Positions 14,440 through 28,720 of a stretch of DNA of 64,000 bases are shown here, one piece after another. The notes beneath the pieces were generated by a model, which had not been told where the DNA came from, did not search any database, and saw only the letters and a program-made list of their open reading frames with translations. The stretch is from Salpingoeca rosetta (Eukaryota > Protista > Choanoflagellata). Position numbers and translations under genes: made by a program. Location: NCBI GenBank assembly GCA_033442325.1, contig JAWQFM010000010.1, positions 1,168,867 to 1,232,866 on the forward strand. Reading direction: 5' to 3'. Each line of letters begins with the position of its first letter. The first letter of the stretch is position 1.

Positions 14440-14783
14440 CATATCCACTCCCGCTCTCGCGTGCATGGTGGTGGTGGGTGGTGGTGGTGGCGGTGGTGGT
14501 CGTGGTTACACGCACAATGGCACTGCTGTTGTATCATCTCTGTTCACGCGGGTCCGTGCGCCCTGACCATGGTGAACCACTCACGTGCGTGCGCCAATGT
14601 TTGCCCTCTTGCATGATGGGCAGCTCTCCATGTTCATGTATTGGAAGCAAACCACGCATGTAACGGCTATCATGTCTCGCCTCGCCACCTCCTCCTCCCT
14701 TGCTCCTTCTGTTATCCCGACCCATAAACAAGCCCTTAACCAGACGATCAAAGCACTCACCGCACACACCGTCCAGTCGTTGC

Positions 14784-14863
<80 letters not shown>

Positions 14864-14964
14864 CACGCGCGCACACGCGCGCACACAACACGCGCGCACA
14901 CACAAACACACACGCGCACACAACACGCACACACACACACGCACACAACACGCATGTGTTTGTG

Positions 14965-15460
14965 TCATGCCTTGAGCTCGACCTGCTTGTATCCGCCACG
15001 CGATGTGAGTGACGATATGTCCACGCCCTTTTCCGCCAACAGCTCTTCAAGCTGGCGAATGTAATCCTGGGGGGGGGGGGTGTGCATTGGGGAGGTGGGG
15101 GATGTGACGTGAGTGTTTCATGTTGAGACGCGTTATTGATGACCAGAAGAGCAAGCATGGCGCAGTTACAAGCACGCATAAATACAGACACAGACAAACA
15201 CAGACACAGAACATGCACACACAGACACCTGCAGACACCTGCAGACACAGACACATGCAGATGGCACACGTGTGTATCGAGGCGGGCCATCAGCTTCTGC
15301 TTCGATCCGGTGTATTCGTCAAATGCGCGCGTCTGGCGCACCTTGAAGTTCACCTGCGGAGCGTGTGTACGTGTGCAGGGGATGCTGAGATGGCACAAAG
15401 GCAGGCAGTTGCTTGTATCGTGCAAACACTTGGAGAGATAAAAGCTACAGCGTCTTCATG

Positions 15461-15523
<63 letters not shown>

Positions 15524-16559
15524 TACACACAAAACCTCACACGGACATATGCACCACGACACGCACAGAGGCGGAACGTACCGTGTCTGAGTACCAGTCG
15601 TACACAAGACTCATGTAAACGATTGGACGCGGATGGGGAGAGGGGTTGCCCGTTCCGCGATGGAACACGCGAATGTCAAACAGCACCGCACTGCCACTGC
15701 ACGCATGACGCGTGCATGTACACAAGCATGTGTGATTGGGTGATAAATGACGCAGATTGGGCGCATTGATTTGGAGAGAAATGGGTGACAAACACAAACG
15801 ACCATGACATACACAGACAGACAGACAGAAAGACCCACACACAGAGATAGACAGACAGACAGACAGACACACACACACACACACACACAGACAGACACAC
15901 ACACAGAGACGCAAACAAACAGACGTACACATCGGTGTCGAGGCGGTGGACGGGTGTGATTGGATCGTGAAGGCGCTTCCGCCAGAAGTCAGGGCCCTTG
16001 AACCGAACAACAGCAGCAACAATGATGATGGTGGCGGTGGCAGGGGAGATGGTATTGGCACCATAAGGGACAGATGGCGAGCAAAGGGGGCCGAGGACAG
16101 TGTGAAGTGGAGTGATACAGAGACGCGGTTTTGGTGGTGCGAAAACAAAACCGCGGTAGGCCGTGTATGCGTTGTGCATCATACACACCATGGGAATGTG
16201 GCTGCCCGTCATGAACTCGGTGGGCCCATTGGTGGCGTTGACAGGAACTATGTGCCGCGTGGTGATGATGCACAGGCACGCGGGTTGAATGGACGTGATT
16301 GGAGTGACGTGATGTGGGGGATGACAGCGAGGGCCAGTGCAGGATGGCGGCGCGGGGACAAGGAAGGGGCGGACACTTGAGAAACAAGAGCGACAACACG
16401 CATCAATCGCAAGCGCATCATAAAGAACAGACAGACAAACAGACAGGCAGGCAGACGGGCAGACAGACAGACAGAGGGACGGACAGAGAGACGGACAGAC
16501 AGGCAGGCAGGCAGGCAGACAGACACACACACACACATACGCACACACACATACGCACG

Positions 16560-16626
<67 letters not shown>

Positions 16627-17520
16627 CCAGTGGGTACTACCAAGCGGGAGGACGACGACGACGCCCTGCGGCGGCAGCGGGTATTGCGCTGCCTGCCAGT
16701 GGAACAGCGGGCCAACGTCTCCGTGCCATGGCTGTTGAGGCCGTCAAAGGGGATTCGTGAGTGGGTGGTTGTGTGAATGTGTGTGTGTGTGAGAGTGAGA
16801 GAGAGAGAGTGTGTGTGTGTGTGCGTGTACGTGTGCGTGTGTGTCTATGTGCAGATGAACCAAAGCTAGCAGTTGGCTGCAGAACATGCGAAAGCGCCTG
16901 CGCCCAAATCAAGCGTGCCGCAAGGGATGGCGGTTGCGTGCAAGTGCTCACCTGCACTGGTGCGTTCGGGAGCGACGTCACTGTGGAAAAGGTGTCAATC
17001 TCAATCCTGGCCAGTTGGCGTGGTATGTGTGCATGAGCATGCTTGCCCGTGAGCGTTGTGCGCCATCATGCACAGACACTCAGACACACTCGCATACACA
17101 CAGACACACAGACACGCACACACACACACACACACACACGCACGCATGCACACACACACACATACACACAGAGTCTAGCCTGCAACCTCACAAGCACGCA
17201 TTGTTGCAAGAGGGTGCGCGCACTTGTTGTTCATGACGAGCTTCGCTGCTGCGATGATGACACGATTGGCGGTGAATGCGTCGTCCGTGTACGGGTATCG
17301 GAGCGGAAACTTCACTTCATATCGATCAGTCGACCGCTCTGAACACACACGCACACACACATATGCACATGCACACAGACACAGAGACGCTTGAGAACGA
17401 GCGTGTGATTGAAGCATCGACACGGGTGCTGAACACTTGCGCCAAACGTGTCACGTGTGTGTTTCGTGCACGTGAGCAGGCACTATTGAGCGTGTGCGTG
17501 TGCGTGCAGCGTGCAGGCAC

Positions 17521-17564
<44 letters not shown>

Positions 17565-18795
17565 TGTTCACGTTACCGGCGGCATCTGTCCATTCGCCAT
17601 TTGTGGAATCGCTGCGACGTTGAAGATCAGACTGGAAGCGAGCAAAGTCATCCTGACGATGTGTGCGTGTTGGGAGGAATGTGAGATGGCATTGAAGGGC
17701 ACATGTCGTGGGCTGTGAGGGCGCAACCAATTGCCGCAGCACACACACACACACACTCACACTCACTCACACCCATATGTACACACACCCATATGCGCAC
17801 ACACACACACACACCCACATGCACACAAACACGCACATATGTACACAAACCACGGCACCTTGTATGCGTTGTAAATGCGATCGAGGACTGCTGGTTGCAT
17901 CACCTCGCGTAGGGCGACAACACCGCAGATGCGCAGGAGAAGGAAGATGCGTCGCGCCGTCGCCGCCGTCAGGGGACCAGCCCTGGCAACAGCGGTGGTG
18001 GTGATGGTGGTGTGCAATATGAAGGGGAACGAGAGACAGAGAGTATGTGTGAATGTGCGTGTGCGTGTGCGTGTGTGTGATAGCTGGAGGCTGCTGCTGG
18101 TGAGACACGTGTGTTCTTGCAGATGTGGTTGAGCATACATGTCGTCGTGGTGCAGGGACACGTAGATGTCATCCTTGTTCTTGCACAGTGCGTTTGCAGC
18201 GTCCACGTGCTCCCCATTCTGCATGTGCTCGATGGCGCTCATCTCGGCCGATGCTCGCCGCTTCACCTTGGCGTTATCCCTGTGCACGCACGCACATACA
18301 AGTATCAAGCAGAGCAAGCACATTGTTACATCAGTGCACGCGTCAGCATGCACGGGACGAAGCATGAGGTGCGTACATGCATACACACACGCTTGCAAGT
18401 TTTCGTTCGGACGCTGTGCACTCACCCCAGATGGCGAGTGGGATGCCACGACTGCAGGTCTTCTTTGATCGAACCAAGAAAGCGCTGCAAAGTAGACACG
18501 CAACGGGATGGGGTGCGTTTCAACGTTGGCGTTCAGTGTGCATGTGTGTGCGCATGTGTGTGTGTGTGTGCGTGCGCATGTCCGTGTGCCCGCGTGTACG
18601 ATGAGTGTTGGTGATGAGCTGGCAGTGTCGCCAAGGACGGAACAGTCAGCGCCAGCGCACAGCAAGAACATAATCCACACACACACACCTTTGCTGGCTC
18701 ATTGCCGAGTAGCGTTGCCAGCTCAAATGCCGCCCTGGCTTCTCGCATGATGGGCAAATGCACCTGCCATCTCGCATGTACCAAGACAGGCGTAC

Positions 18796-18876
<81 letters not shown>

Positions 18877-19730
18877 AGTACAAGCAAAGCGCATTGGCAT
18901 GAGCCGCACGTGGATGTACAGCATTTGTTGCAACAGCGTCAGTTCAACTATAAAGTGACGTAGCACTCACGTCGTGGTGGATGGGCGTGGCGGATGCCTT
19001 TGTGGCATCCAAGATGGCATGCCCAATGTTGCTCCAAATGTCGCCACGGAATGGCGAGTGGTGGCTCGCGGCCCTGCAAAGCACGGCAGCAGCGTCACAT
19101 CATTGCACGCTGATGTGCGATTGCTAAAATGCTCACAGTGGGGGAATGCGGGTTGGGTGGCCGCATGGCAGATTCACTCTGACACCACACACAGACATAC
19201 ACACTCAGACACACATACAGACACGCATACACATACACACACACACTCAGACACACTCAGACATACACACATACACATACACACATACACACACATACAC
19301 ATACACATACACACTCAGACACACATACAGACACACACACTCAGACACTCAGACACACACACACACACACACAAACCCCCCCTTCCCCAAGCACAGACCT
19401 GAAGTACTCAAGGGCGAGGTCAAAGTTTCCAGCTTGAGCCTCGCGAATGCCTTTTTTGTTCCAGTCCTCGTAAATGTCAGTGTGCGGGTACGATGCAAAG
19501 GCATCTGTCCAGTGCGACTCAGGCGGCTGCTCCTCGTGCACTGCGCCTGGGTCTTCGCTGTCGCTTGTCCTCGCGGTGTGGCACGTTCCTGCAGTACCAT
19601 GGTTTGAATCTGCTTCGCAATACTCATCCGCAGCGGCAGCAACGCCAGAGTCCCACCAGCCACCACCAACTGTGACAGCGACGGCCAGCAACACCACACC
19701 CGCCTGAAACAACTTCATCGTCGTCGTCAT
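14965..19730 (-). CDS. Signal-peptide-bearing TPR + phytanoyl-CoA dioxygenase (PhyH)-like 2OG-Fe(II) oxygenase, multi-exon
   Basis: Signal peptide MKLFQAGVVLLAVAVTVG. TPR-like segments WNKKGIREAQAGNFDLALEYFRAA and IWSNIGHAIL. PhyH core: SLPNAPVQ|PWHGDV (HxD), LPPQGVVVVLPLV|PVNATNGPTEFMTGSH, GSAVLFDIRVFHRGTGNPSPHPRPIVY. Ends ...YKQVELKA*. Confidence 0.85.
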
Positions 19731-20343
19731 CCTGCTTGTTCTTCCACTCACTGCCGGTTTTGTTGGTATTGCTGAAAATTCAGTGAAATCTTTGAACAAT
19801 TGTCCACTTGGTTTGGCTGTTGCGAATCGCTTCCAGAAGCACCACGCCAACTTTCCGGCTCCTCCTTCCTCATTCCCTCACCTGACTTGACTGTGCTCAG
19901 CACTCCGTTTGTCGTCATCATCCCCCTTCCCCACACACTCGCACAACAGCAAGCAGGGCGCTGGGGGCAAGCGGAGAACCAGGATCGTTCCCTTTGGGTG
20001 GGCTGGTGTTTGCTCCACCAGCGTTGCATGAGCTGGCTTCCCTCCTTCTCCCCATCATCTGTATTTATTATCGGTACGAGGATCAACCTCAGGCACAGCA
20101 CACAAGAAGAACTGTTGCTGCGCCCCTTTTGCTCCGGCGATCTCGCGCTGTCAAGTGTCCAGCGCAACAGCAATCCAACAGGACCGGTAAGGTGCACGTG
20201 CGTGGGGCTGTGTTCGCGCGTTTGGCCGTGTGTTTGCGTGTGTCCATGCCCATGTGTGATCCCTGTAGTTGCCAAGCCATTCATTGTTGTCTGTGTTGTT
20301 TTCCTCTTCTTGGACCGGACACGGTTTGCATCCATCAGGCGAC

Positions 20344-20645
20344 ATGCGCCCCGGTTCGCGTTTTGCGTGTGCTGTGATGGCGGTGGCATGCACCCTCGCT
20401 TGCTGCACGTTCCTCCCTTCTGTTGAAGGTACTGCATGTCGTGCACGGCACGCACTTTCTGCTACGCCATGACGCTCTTGTGTGCGTGCGTTTTCTGCGT
20501 GCTGTTGCGAAGCTGATGTCAGAGTTGATTGAATTGCGCCTGTTGCTTGAGAAGGCCCTGTTTTGTACTCAGCCCGCACAAACACACACACATACACGTA
20601 TTCATTCACTCACACACACACACACATTGATTCATTCACTCACTG

Positions 20646-20705
<60 letters not shown>

Positions 20706-23700
20706 ATTCATTCACCCACACACGCACACACAAATATACGCACTCACACTCGCGTCCTTTAGGGGGAAGCCTTCGTGTGGTGTTGGAGCGCGTGATTCAG
20801 CGTGAAAACGCAAGTGTGGAGGCAGCAGTGTCAGGGCAGCAGGACACATACACCTTCTTTGCAGCTTCGAATGATGATCCCCCACAGCAATTTACGTGGG
20901 CCACAGGCATCAAGCCAGAGGTGCGTGCCTTTCTTTGTGTTTCCGATGGGCTGGCAAGTGCGACTCGAGTCTTCATTGGTGTTGCTTTTAAATGATCACC
21001 TCACACATTCACACAACACCAAACACACACCAAACACACACACACACACACATAACACAGGATGCAGTGTCATTGCGAATCAGGGATAGCTCGACGCAAC
21101 CAGCAGCACAGGTGAATCAGTGCAATGCTCCAAGCTCCACATGCCATATGCCACACACACATATACACATACGTACACACGCGCGCATACACACACACAC
21201 ATACGTACACACACGCGCGCATACACAGCACCGCCCTTGTGTGCTTACGCCTGTTTGCTGTGTCACCTCTCTGGTTGTTGCAGGCCACGGCGCAGGCATC
21301 GCCACCGCGGCTGTGGTCCATCACTGTGCCCGACTGGAACGAAACCGTCAACCTCCGGCTTCACTACACACCATGTGAGTGGCCGCAAGCGCACATTGTC
21401 GCGAGCATCGTGAATGTATTTGCTGTGGGAATAGCACGCAAGATGCACATCTATCATGCCTGCAGCTTACAACGAAACACACACACACACACACACACTC
21501 ACACACACCATCACGCACCCCAGATAACCCGTGCTCGAACGCGTCCGCGACGCCGTGCACCACGCCACCAAACACGACGTGTGTGTTTGAGGGCGTGGAC
21601 GGCGCGTACGCATGTCAGCCACCGTCACCTCTCACGGACACCAACAACAACGGCACCAACAACAACCCTGACCCATCATCACCACCATCATCATCATCGT
21701 CGTCGTCGTCGTCGTCGGTGTCTGCGTCGGGGGCCGTGACGCCGAGCACGGCTGCGCTGACGCCTGTTGACCTCAACTACGAGACGCTCACGGAAGACCA
21801 GCCGCGGTTGGAGACCCAGACCATCATCATTGTTGGCTTCATCTCCATCCTCATCGCCGTGCCGCTGGTGGTGGTCTTCCTCCTCCTGCGCAGCCGCAAA
21901 CTGGACAATGCCGCCCGCTCCCGCTCGTCGTCGCGTGCACGCCACCGACGCCGCTCACAGGGCAGCGGCAGCTCCGACATGCGCACGCGCCGCAACGCCG
22001 TGTCCACCCACATCACTCCGACACCCTCCACCGTCCGCGCGACACACAAACGCGCAGGCAGCATCCTCGCGCCCCTCATCCCACGCGGCGCTGGCAGGGG
22101 TGGGGGCGGCCCAACGCAGGGGGAGCAGCTCGCCGCGAGTGACGTTGGCAGCGCAGATATGAGCACGGCGTCGGTTGCGTCGCCGCTGCCACCAATGGTG
22201 CACGTGCGAGACATGCACGCGGACCCGAAGAGCCACGAGTACAAGGAGTATGTTCGCATGCAGAAGCGCATCAACAGCCGCCGACACGACCCGGATGGTG
22301 ATGGTGACGGCGACAGCGGCGGTGTTAAGGACGAGTACAGGGACATCTACGTTGCTGATGCGTATCATCGCAGTGACGGCCCCAGCAGCAGCGGGAACAG
22401 CAAGAGCAACAGCGGGCGTGCAAGCAGCTCGGCAGCAACAGCAGGGATCGGTGATGCGCTGCTCTCGCTTGTTGATCCGCCCAGCCCTGGGTCAACCACA
22501 AGCATGGACGCGGCACTCGACACAATCAACTCGCCACTGCCGCGCCGCCTGGACGACATGGATGAGGTCATCATCTCCATGCAAGGACAGGAGCGGACGC
22601 ACAGTCCGATGACTGCACCCTCGGACCAGCTGCTCACGTCACCGCCCCCGCAGCACCAGCCCCGAGGCAGCAACGCGCGCAGGGGCACGCAGCCCTTGCG
22701 AAGACAGAGCAACCCAACAACAGCAACGGCAGGAGCTGCTGCAACGGGCGTGGTCCAGGCAGGGGTCGCGTCGACGTCATCAAGGACCGCACCACCGCGG
22801 CGGTCATCATCCCCACCCACACTCATTTCGCGTCGTCCCACGTCGCATGATGCCACGACTGTCGCCCCAAATCGCCCCACCGCAACCACCAACAGCAACA
22901 CCAGCAGCACTAGCAACACCAACACCAACCCCAACACCAACATTAACAGCAGCAATGAGGACAATGAGGATGACGTTGCGCATGAGGACGGAGTGACATC
23001 GGGGAGTCTGCTTGACCACTCGCCACCACCAGCGCTGTCCGCGCGGCGGCAGTACCCGGTCACCAACAGCGGCGACCGCCCTGCGCACCCAGCACGGGAG
23101 CAGGTCGAGGATGGTGATGGCGATGATGGAGGGGTGGTGCCGGCGTCGTCTTTGGCCGTCGCTGACACGGCGCAACCGCAACAACAGCAGAAGCAGCAGA
23201 AGCAACAGCAGAAGCAGCAGAAGCAGAAGCAACAGCAGCGGCAAGAGGAGCCGGCTTCCCCATCACAGCTGCAGTCTTCCCTGATGCAGGCGCTGACACG
23301 CGCGCAGATGCGACGCGTGGAGGTGAGCGGGAGCAAGCTAACGCCACGCGCGGGGCGGCACCGCAGCCCGAGCAAGCGAACAGCACCGCAGCGACGGCAG
23401 TCCACCACAGCTGTTGTTAGCGGTGATGGGGACAGGTCGTCCGTGGCCTCATCGTCGTCATCATCGTCATCATCATCATCCTCATCGGCTGCCACAGCTG
23501 CAAAGGCAAAGGCAAGGGCAGCGATTGCTGCAGCAACAACGGCCAGACCTGCTGCGACCAAGGCCAACATGCGTGTGCTGACAAGCGAGCGGGTGCGTTC
23601 TGCCTCTGATCCGCTGTCGCCGGGAAAGCGAACACGCCCAGCTGCGGCCTCGTCGTCGTCATCACGAAGACAGGACAGACCACGCGGCACGCCACGCAAG

Positions 23701-24123
23701 CTGCCCACGCCGACCAGGCTCAACACCAGCAGCACCAGCAACAACAGCGCGCGTGCGGCCAAGGGTGGAGATGGTGGGGGCGATGGTTGTGAGCAGAGCG
23801 TGCTGTCAACCTCGCGTGGTGAGGCAGGGGCGAGCGCAGCAGACGGTGTGGCGACAACCACTGGCGGGGAGGGCGGGCGCCCAAAGCTGAGCCCCATTGG
23901 CACCGTGTTCCGCTGCAAAGACGCGGGTGTGCGGCTGGTGATTGAGGAGCCGTCTGAGAGCGTCCTGCGCACGTCGTCGATGCTGTCACGCCACCGCCGC
24001 GCCACGATGGACACGGCGCAGCTCGCCCACCACCACCGCCCTCACCACCACGGTGATGTCGACGGTGGTGACCAGGGTGGTGACGACTTGCACTCGGGAT
24101 CAGACAGCGAGATTGACCTGTAG
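20344..24123 (+). CDS. Type I single-pass membrane protein: signal peptide, small extracellular domain, EGF-like module, TM helix, ~750-aa disordered cytoplasmic tail
   Basis: Exon 1 MRPGSRFACAVMAVACTLACCTFLPSVEG splices in frame to GSLRVVLERV. Cys module NPCSNASATPCTTPPNTTCVFEGVDGAYAC. TM IIIVGFISILIAVPLVVVFLLL is followed by RSRK. A long final exon runs to the stop at 24123. Confidence 0.75.
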
Positions 24124-24704
24124 CAACAGTTGTTTTGGTTTCCTTTTGGGTGGTAGTGGTGTGTGTGACTGTGAGAGAGAGTGTGTGTGTGAGTGAGTGT
24201 GTGAGTGTGTGAGTGAGTGTGTGAGTGTGTGTGAGTGAGTGAGAGAGTGTGTGATTGTGTGTGTGTGTGTGTGTGGCTTGGTAGCGGGCATAGGTGATTG
24301 ACACCGTAATTGATATCCTACATGATGTGACATGTATGTGTATGTGTATGTGTATGTGTATGTAGTTGTCTCGCTCTTGTTGCTTGTGCTGAGGATGTGC
24401 AGTGTTGCACCTGCAAGGGGTCATCTCACACCACCCTCGCTTCTTCTTCCTTCCTTGTCGATTCTTTTGATTAACTTTTTTTTTTCCACCACACAGACAC
24501 ACACACACAGACACAGAGACACAGAGACACAGACACAGACACAGACACAGACACAGACACACAAGTCTTGCTTTGCTTGTAAATATATTTTCATCAGCAG
24601 AGAGGAAGTCAACACCCCACAACTACACAAGCAAACACGCCACGACTGAATTCAGTCACATCCACGGCGCAGCAGTCCTTCGTTGAACAACAAGAAGGAG
24701 GAAT

Positions 24705-26069
24705 ATGGAGGGCAACGTGTCGCGTGTGTTGGTGAAGGCGGAGCTGCGCAAGGCCATGAAACGCCTGCTCTCCGCCCTGTCTCAGGGAGAGAAGGCGTCT
24801 CAGTCAACCGTTGTCGCAAACAAGGTACGCGACACAGGTCGTGTGTGGTGTTTGTTCTTGAGTTCTGACGCGCCATCGCACTGGGACGCTTGAGGACATG
24901 TGCGATTTGCTTTGCTTCGCTATGCTTCGCTGTGCTTCGCTGTGCTTCGCTGTTATTTGCTTCGTGCGCACTGCGTGTGCAATGCATGTGCACAACAATG
25001 TGACCGCCGTCTTTGACACCACACCACTATTGCGACCCAGGTTGAAGCCTTGCCTGCTTTTCAGAACGCTCGACGAGTGGCGTTCTTTCTCAGCATGCCC
25101 GAAGAAGTGGACACGAACAGCATGCTCAAGGTGCACGCCTGCTCCGTTGTCTGCGTCGCCAGGAGGGTGCCAGCAATGTCCGCTTTCGTCCCAAGACCTC
25201 ACTTTGGATTACATCGTGTTATTTGTCCTTTGTACTCGTAGACAGCGTTTGCGACTGGCAAGGAGTGCTTTGTGCCACGCTACACAAAGACGGACATGGA
25301 GATGTATCAGGTCAGTTGCAGTTTGTGTGCATGTGTTTGTGTTTGCGTGTGTGGGTGTGCGTTGATGTTCGTGTGCGTGCGTATGTATGTGTGTTTGTGT
25401 GTTTGTGTGTTTGTGTGTGCATGGCCGTGACAGTGTGATATGTGATGCTGTCTTGCTCCCTATGCCTCTCAACGAGCAGGCTCATCTATACGTTTGCGCC
25501 TCGTTCTGTTTTGTTATACTGTGCACAGGTGAGGGATCTGGACGACATTAAGACGCTGCCTCTAACCAAGTGGAACATCCCACAGCCCGAAGGTGTTGTT
25601 ACCGTCATCCTCTGCATGGTGGCATTATGTGTCTGCTGTGTATTTCCTTGTGTGTGCATGTATGTACGTGCATCTGCTGCTGCTGCCTATGTGAGCATAT
25701 GTACGCGCTTGTGTGGTGTGCGTGTGGCATGTGAGCTTTTCTCTCCTCACCTTTTTGAGTTGTGACCTGTTGCGTCATGCAGACATTGACGCGCGAAAGA
25801 GCGCCATGGATGCTGGTGGCCTGGATATGATTATCGTGCCTGGGCTCGCGTTTTCACGGGTATGCACACGCCACTTGCTCAGCACTGCACTGGCCATTGA
25901 CACTTCAAGCTCATCCCAGCTTTGTGCAAATGTGCGTGTATGTGTGCGAATGTGTGTGTGTGTGCATGTGCATATGTGTTGTTGGCATGCTAGGACGGCG
26001 GGCGGCTTGGACGAGGCAAGGGCTACTACGACAAATACATTCAGAAGTGCAACGACTTTGCAGCTCAGA
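24705..26069 (+). CDS. MTHFS: 5-formyltetrahydrofolate cyclo-ligase (3' exon not found)
   Basis: KAELRKAMK, FLSMPEEVDT, GKECFVPRY, TKWNIPQP, LDMIIVPGLAFSR|DGGRLGRGKGYYDKYI. The expected C-terminal Q...P...HD..VD segment was not located. Confidence 0.9.
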
Positions 26070-26331
26070 GTGCGTTCCCATCACGGGAATCACACCCCCT
26101 GTTGTACCCTGTCGCTGCTGTTGCTGTTGCTGCTGCTGGTGGTGTTGTTGTTGTGTGGTGTGGTGTGTATTGCACGCTGATGCGACACAATGTCGCTTCC
26201 TTGCTTGTCTTGCCTGCTCATCTCCAAGCTGCGCTCATGTCACACACGCACACACACACACACACACAAACAAACAAACAAACAAATACACAACAACAAC
26301 AACAACAACAACAACAACACAAACAAACAAA

Positions 26332-26379
<48 letters not shown>

Positions 26380-26453
26380 GCCCGGAGTTGACATGGGACA
26401 TGAACGGACGTTGGGGATGGTGCAGGAAGGTGTGTGTGGGTGGTCAGGCGTGA

Positions 26454-27621
26454 TTATGGCGAGTGCGGTTTCGTGTGGTTCTCGGGAAACACGCCCTTTT
26501 GGCCCTGCTTGTTACGTCCAAACAGCCAGCCTTCCTCCTAGGGAACGTAAAGACCAGGCACACCGCGCCGTATGTTCGAGGCGTGCGACAGTTGATGTGA
26601 GAAGCGCCACAAAGAGACAACAGTCATGTAACAACCACGACGCTGATCACACGCATGCAACCGCATACACGACAGCACGGCGCACTGCACCGCAGTGCAT
26701 GGCAGCACAAGACTGCGCTCAAGCCTAAGCAACGTCCACCAGCCACAACAGCAATCAAAGTCACCACAACAATCACAGTAGCACCATCAACAGTCACCAC
26801 GCCAACTGGCCGCCGTCAGCAGCGCAGAACGCACCTCAAACTCCGGGTCCTCAAATTCAAGGACGTCAATGACGTCACCCTTGCGTAATGTCAACTCGTC
26901 CTCGTCTTGTCCGTCGTACGGGTGTGTTGCAATGCGCACCTCAAGCACGTGCGCTGACGTGTCAGGCTCCGGTGCCTGGCGAATTGGGGTTGCGTGCGGT
27001 GGTGGTACAGAAATTGTAGCGATGAGATGGAAGAGAGGCAGGGGTGGGAATGGAGAATACGCACAGGCGAGCAGGCAGAGAAGCAGACAAATGCAGACAA
27101 ATGCACACAAGCCGGCCGACACACACACAGACGCACACACACAAAAAAAATGCACACACAAACGCACAAATAGGCAAATGCACACACAAATACACACACA
27201 CACACACACGTACCGAATCGCTCTCTGGTGGCTCGGGCGCTGGGGTCATGAGCACTTCCGGTAGCGCCTGACAGGCGGTGGCACACGAAGGGCAGAGGTC
27301 ATGCGTTGGCGTCAGCACACGGTGATGGCGGTGATGGTGGTAGGTGTCGGATGATGGCAACTGATATTCATATGCACAGAAGCGTAGCTAGGTTTCAATG
27401 GCACGCGTACACACTGCACACTGCGCCGTTGAAAACATATCCCTCGTATAGCACAACACAGACACAGACACAGACACAGACACAGACACACAGACACAGA
27501 CACACACACACACACACCTCTGTCGTGGTTTTGTGTGTCTCGTCCTCGGGTATCTGCTGAAAACGATATGTGTTGGAACAAGGTGGCAAGAAGGGAATGA
27601 ATGCAACGAGATGGCGAACGA

Positions 27622-27659
<38 letters not shown>

Positions 27660-28240
27660 TACATGGAGCCATCTATACTTGACAAAAACAGGCATGCCTC
27701 ACCTGCTGCTGCTCTTGTGTTGTCGTCCTACTGCCATTCTCCTCATCATCATCATCATCGCCGTCGCCGTCACTGTCGCGCAACTGCTGATCTTCCAATT
27801 CATCACTCATCGGCCGAATCCTGAGTGTGTGAGCGAGCGAGTGAGTGTGTGAGTGAGTGTGTTCAGCATGTGTGACTCGAAGTGCGTGAGAAGCAATCGT
27901 CAAGGTTCCAACATCAAGAGCAAGAATAGGGCTGCCACCTCCGTTCCATAGCCCCCCCCCCCACCCTACCGACCTTGGTGCTTGTGCACGTGACGGTACG
28001 TTATCCGCAACAGCATCCAGGTACTGCTGCAGTTCCCCGTGTACCTGGCATGGTGGCGGCGGTGATGGTGATGATGATGAAGCCTGGTGAGGGAGACTGA
28101 AAGCCTTGACACTCCAACTGAAACGGCACGGACAACACAGAGAGACAGACACACAAACAGACAGACAGACAGAGAGACAGACACACAAACAGACAGACAG
28201 ACAGAGAGACAGACAGACAGACACACAAACACACACACAC

Positions 28241-28309
<69 letters not shown>

Positions 28310-28318
28310 GAGACAGAC

Positions 28319-28361
<43 letters not shown>

Positions 28362-28645
28362 GAGACAGACAGACAGAGAGACAGACAGACAGACAGACAG
28401 ACACACAAACACACACACACACACACAAATACACACACACACACGCACACAATGCAGCAATCAGCCAGCAGCAGGACGCACCGACTGCGATGCGCCGTGG
28501 AAGACGGCCTCGCTGGTGAAATAGGAGTGCAGGACAGCGGCGTAGAACGGAACGCGGCTGTGGGCAACAGTGTGTGGATGGGTGGAAGGTGACACGGGTG
28601 AGACAAGCGGGCTCAGTCACTCTCACCCACATGCACATACACCCA

Positions 28646-28720
<75 letters not shown>

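Noticed and set aside
20762-21620. Notch-ligand (MNNL/C2 + EGF) homology for the membrane protein
   Set aside because: Only a vague resemblance of the first strand; no DSL domain and no conserved MNNL cysteines.
22365-24014. 549-aa minus-strand ORF
   Set aside because: Antisense shadow of the GC-rich last exon of the membrane protein gene.
26541-26600. Possible MTHFS last exon ([19 protein letters not shown])
   Set aside because: In phase, but it has no MTHFS C-terminal motif and lies antisense within an amphiphysin intron.
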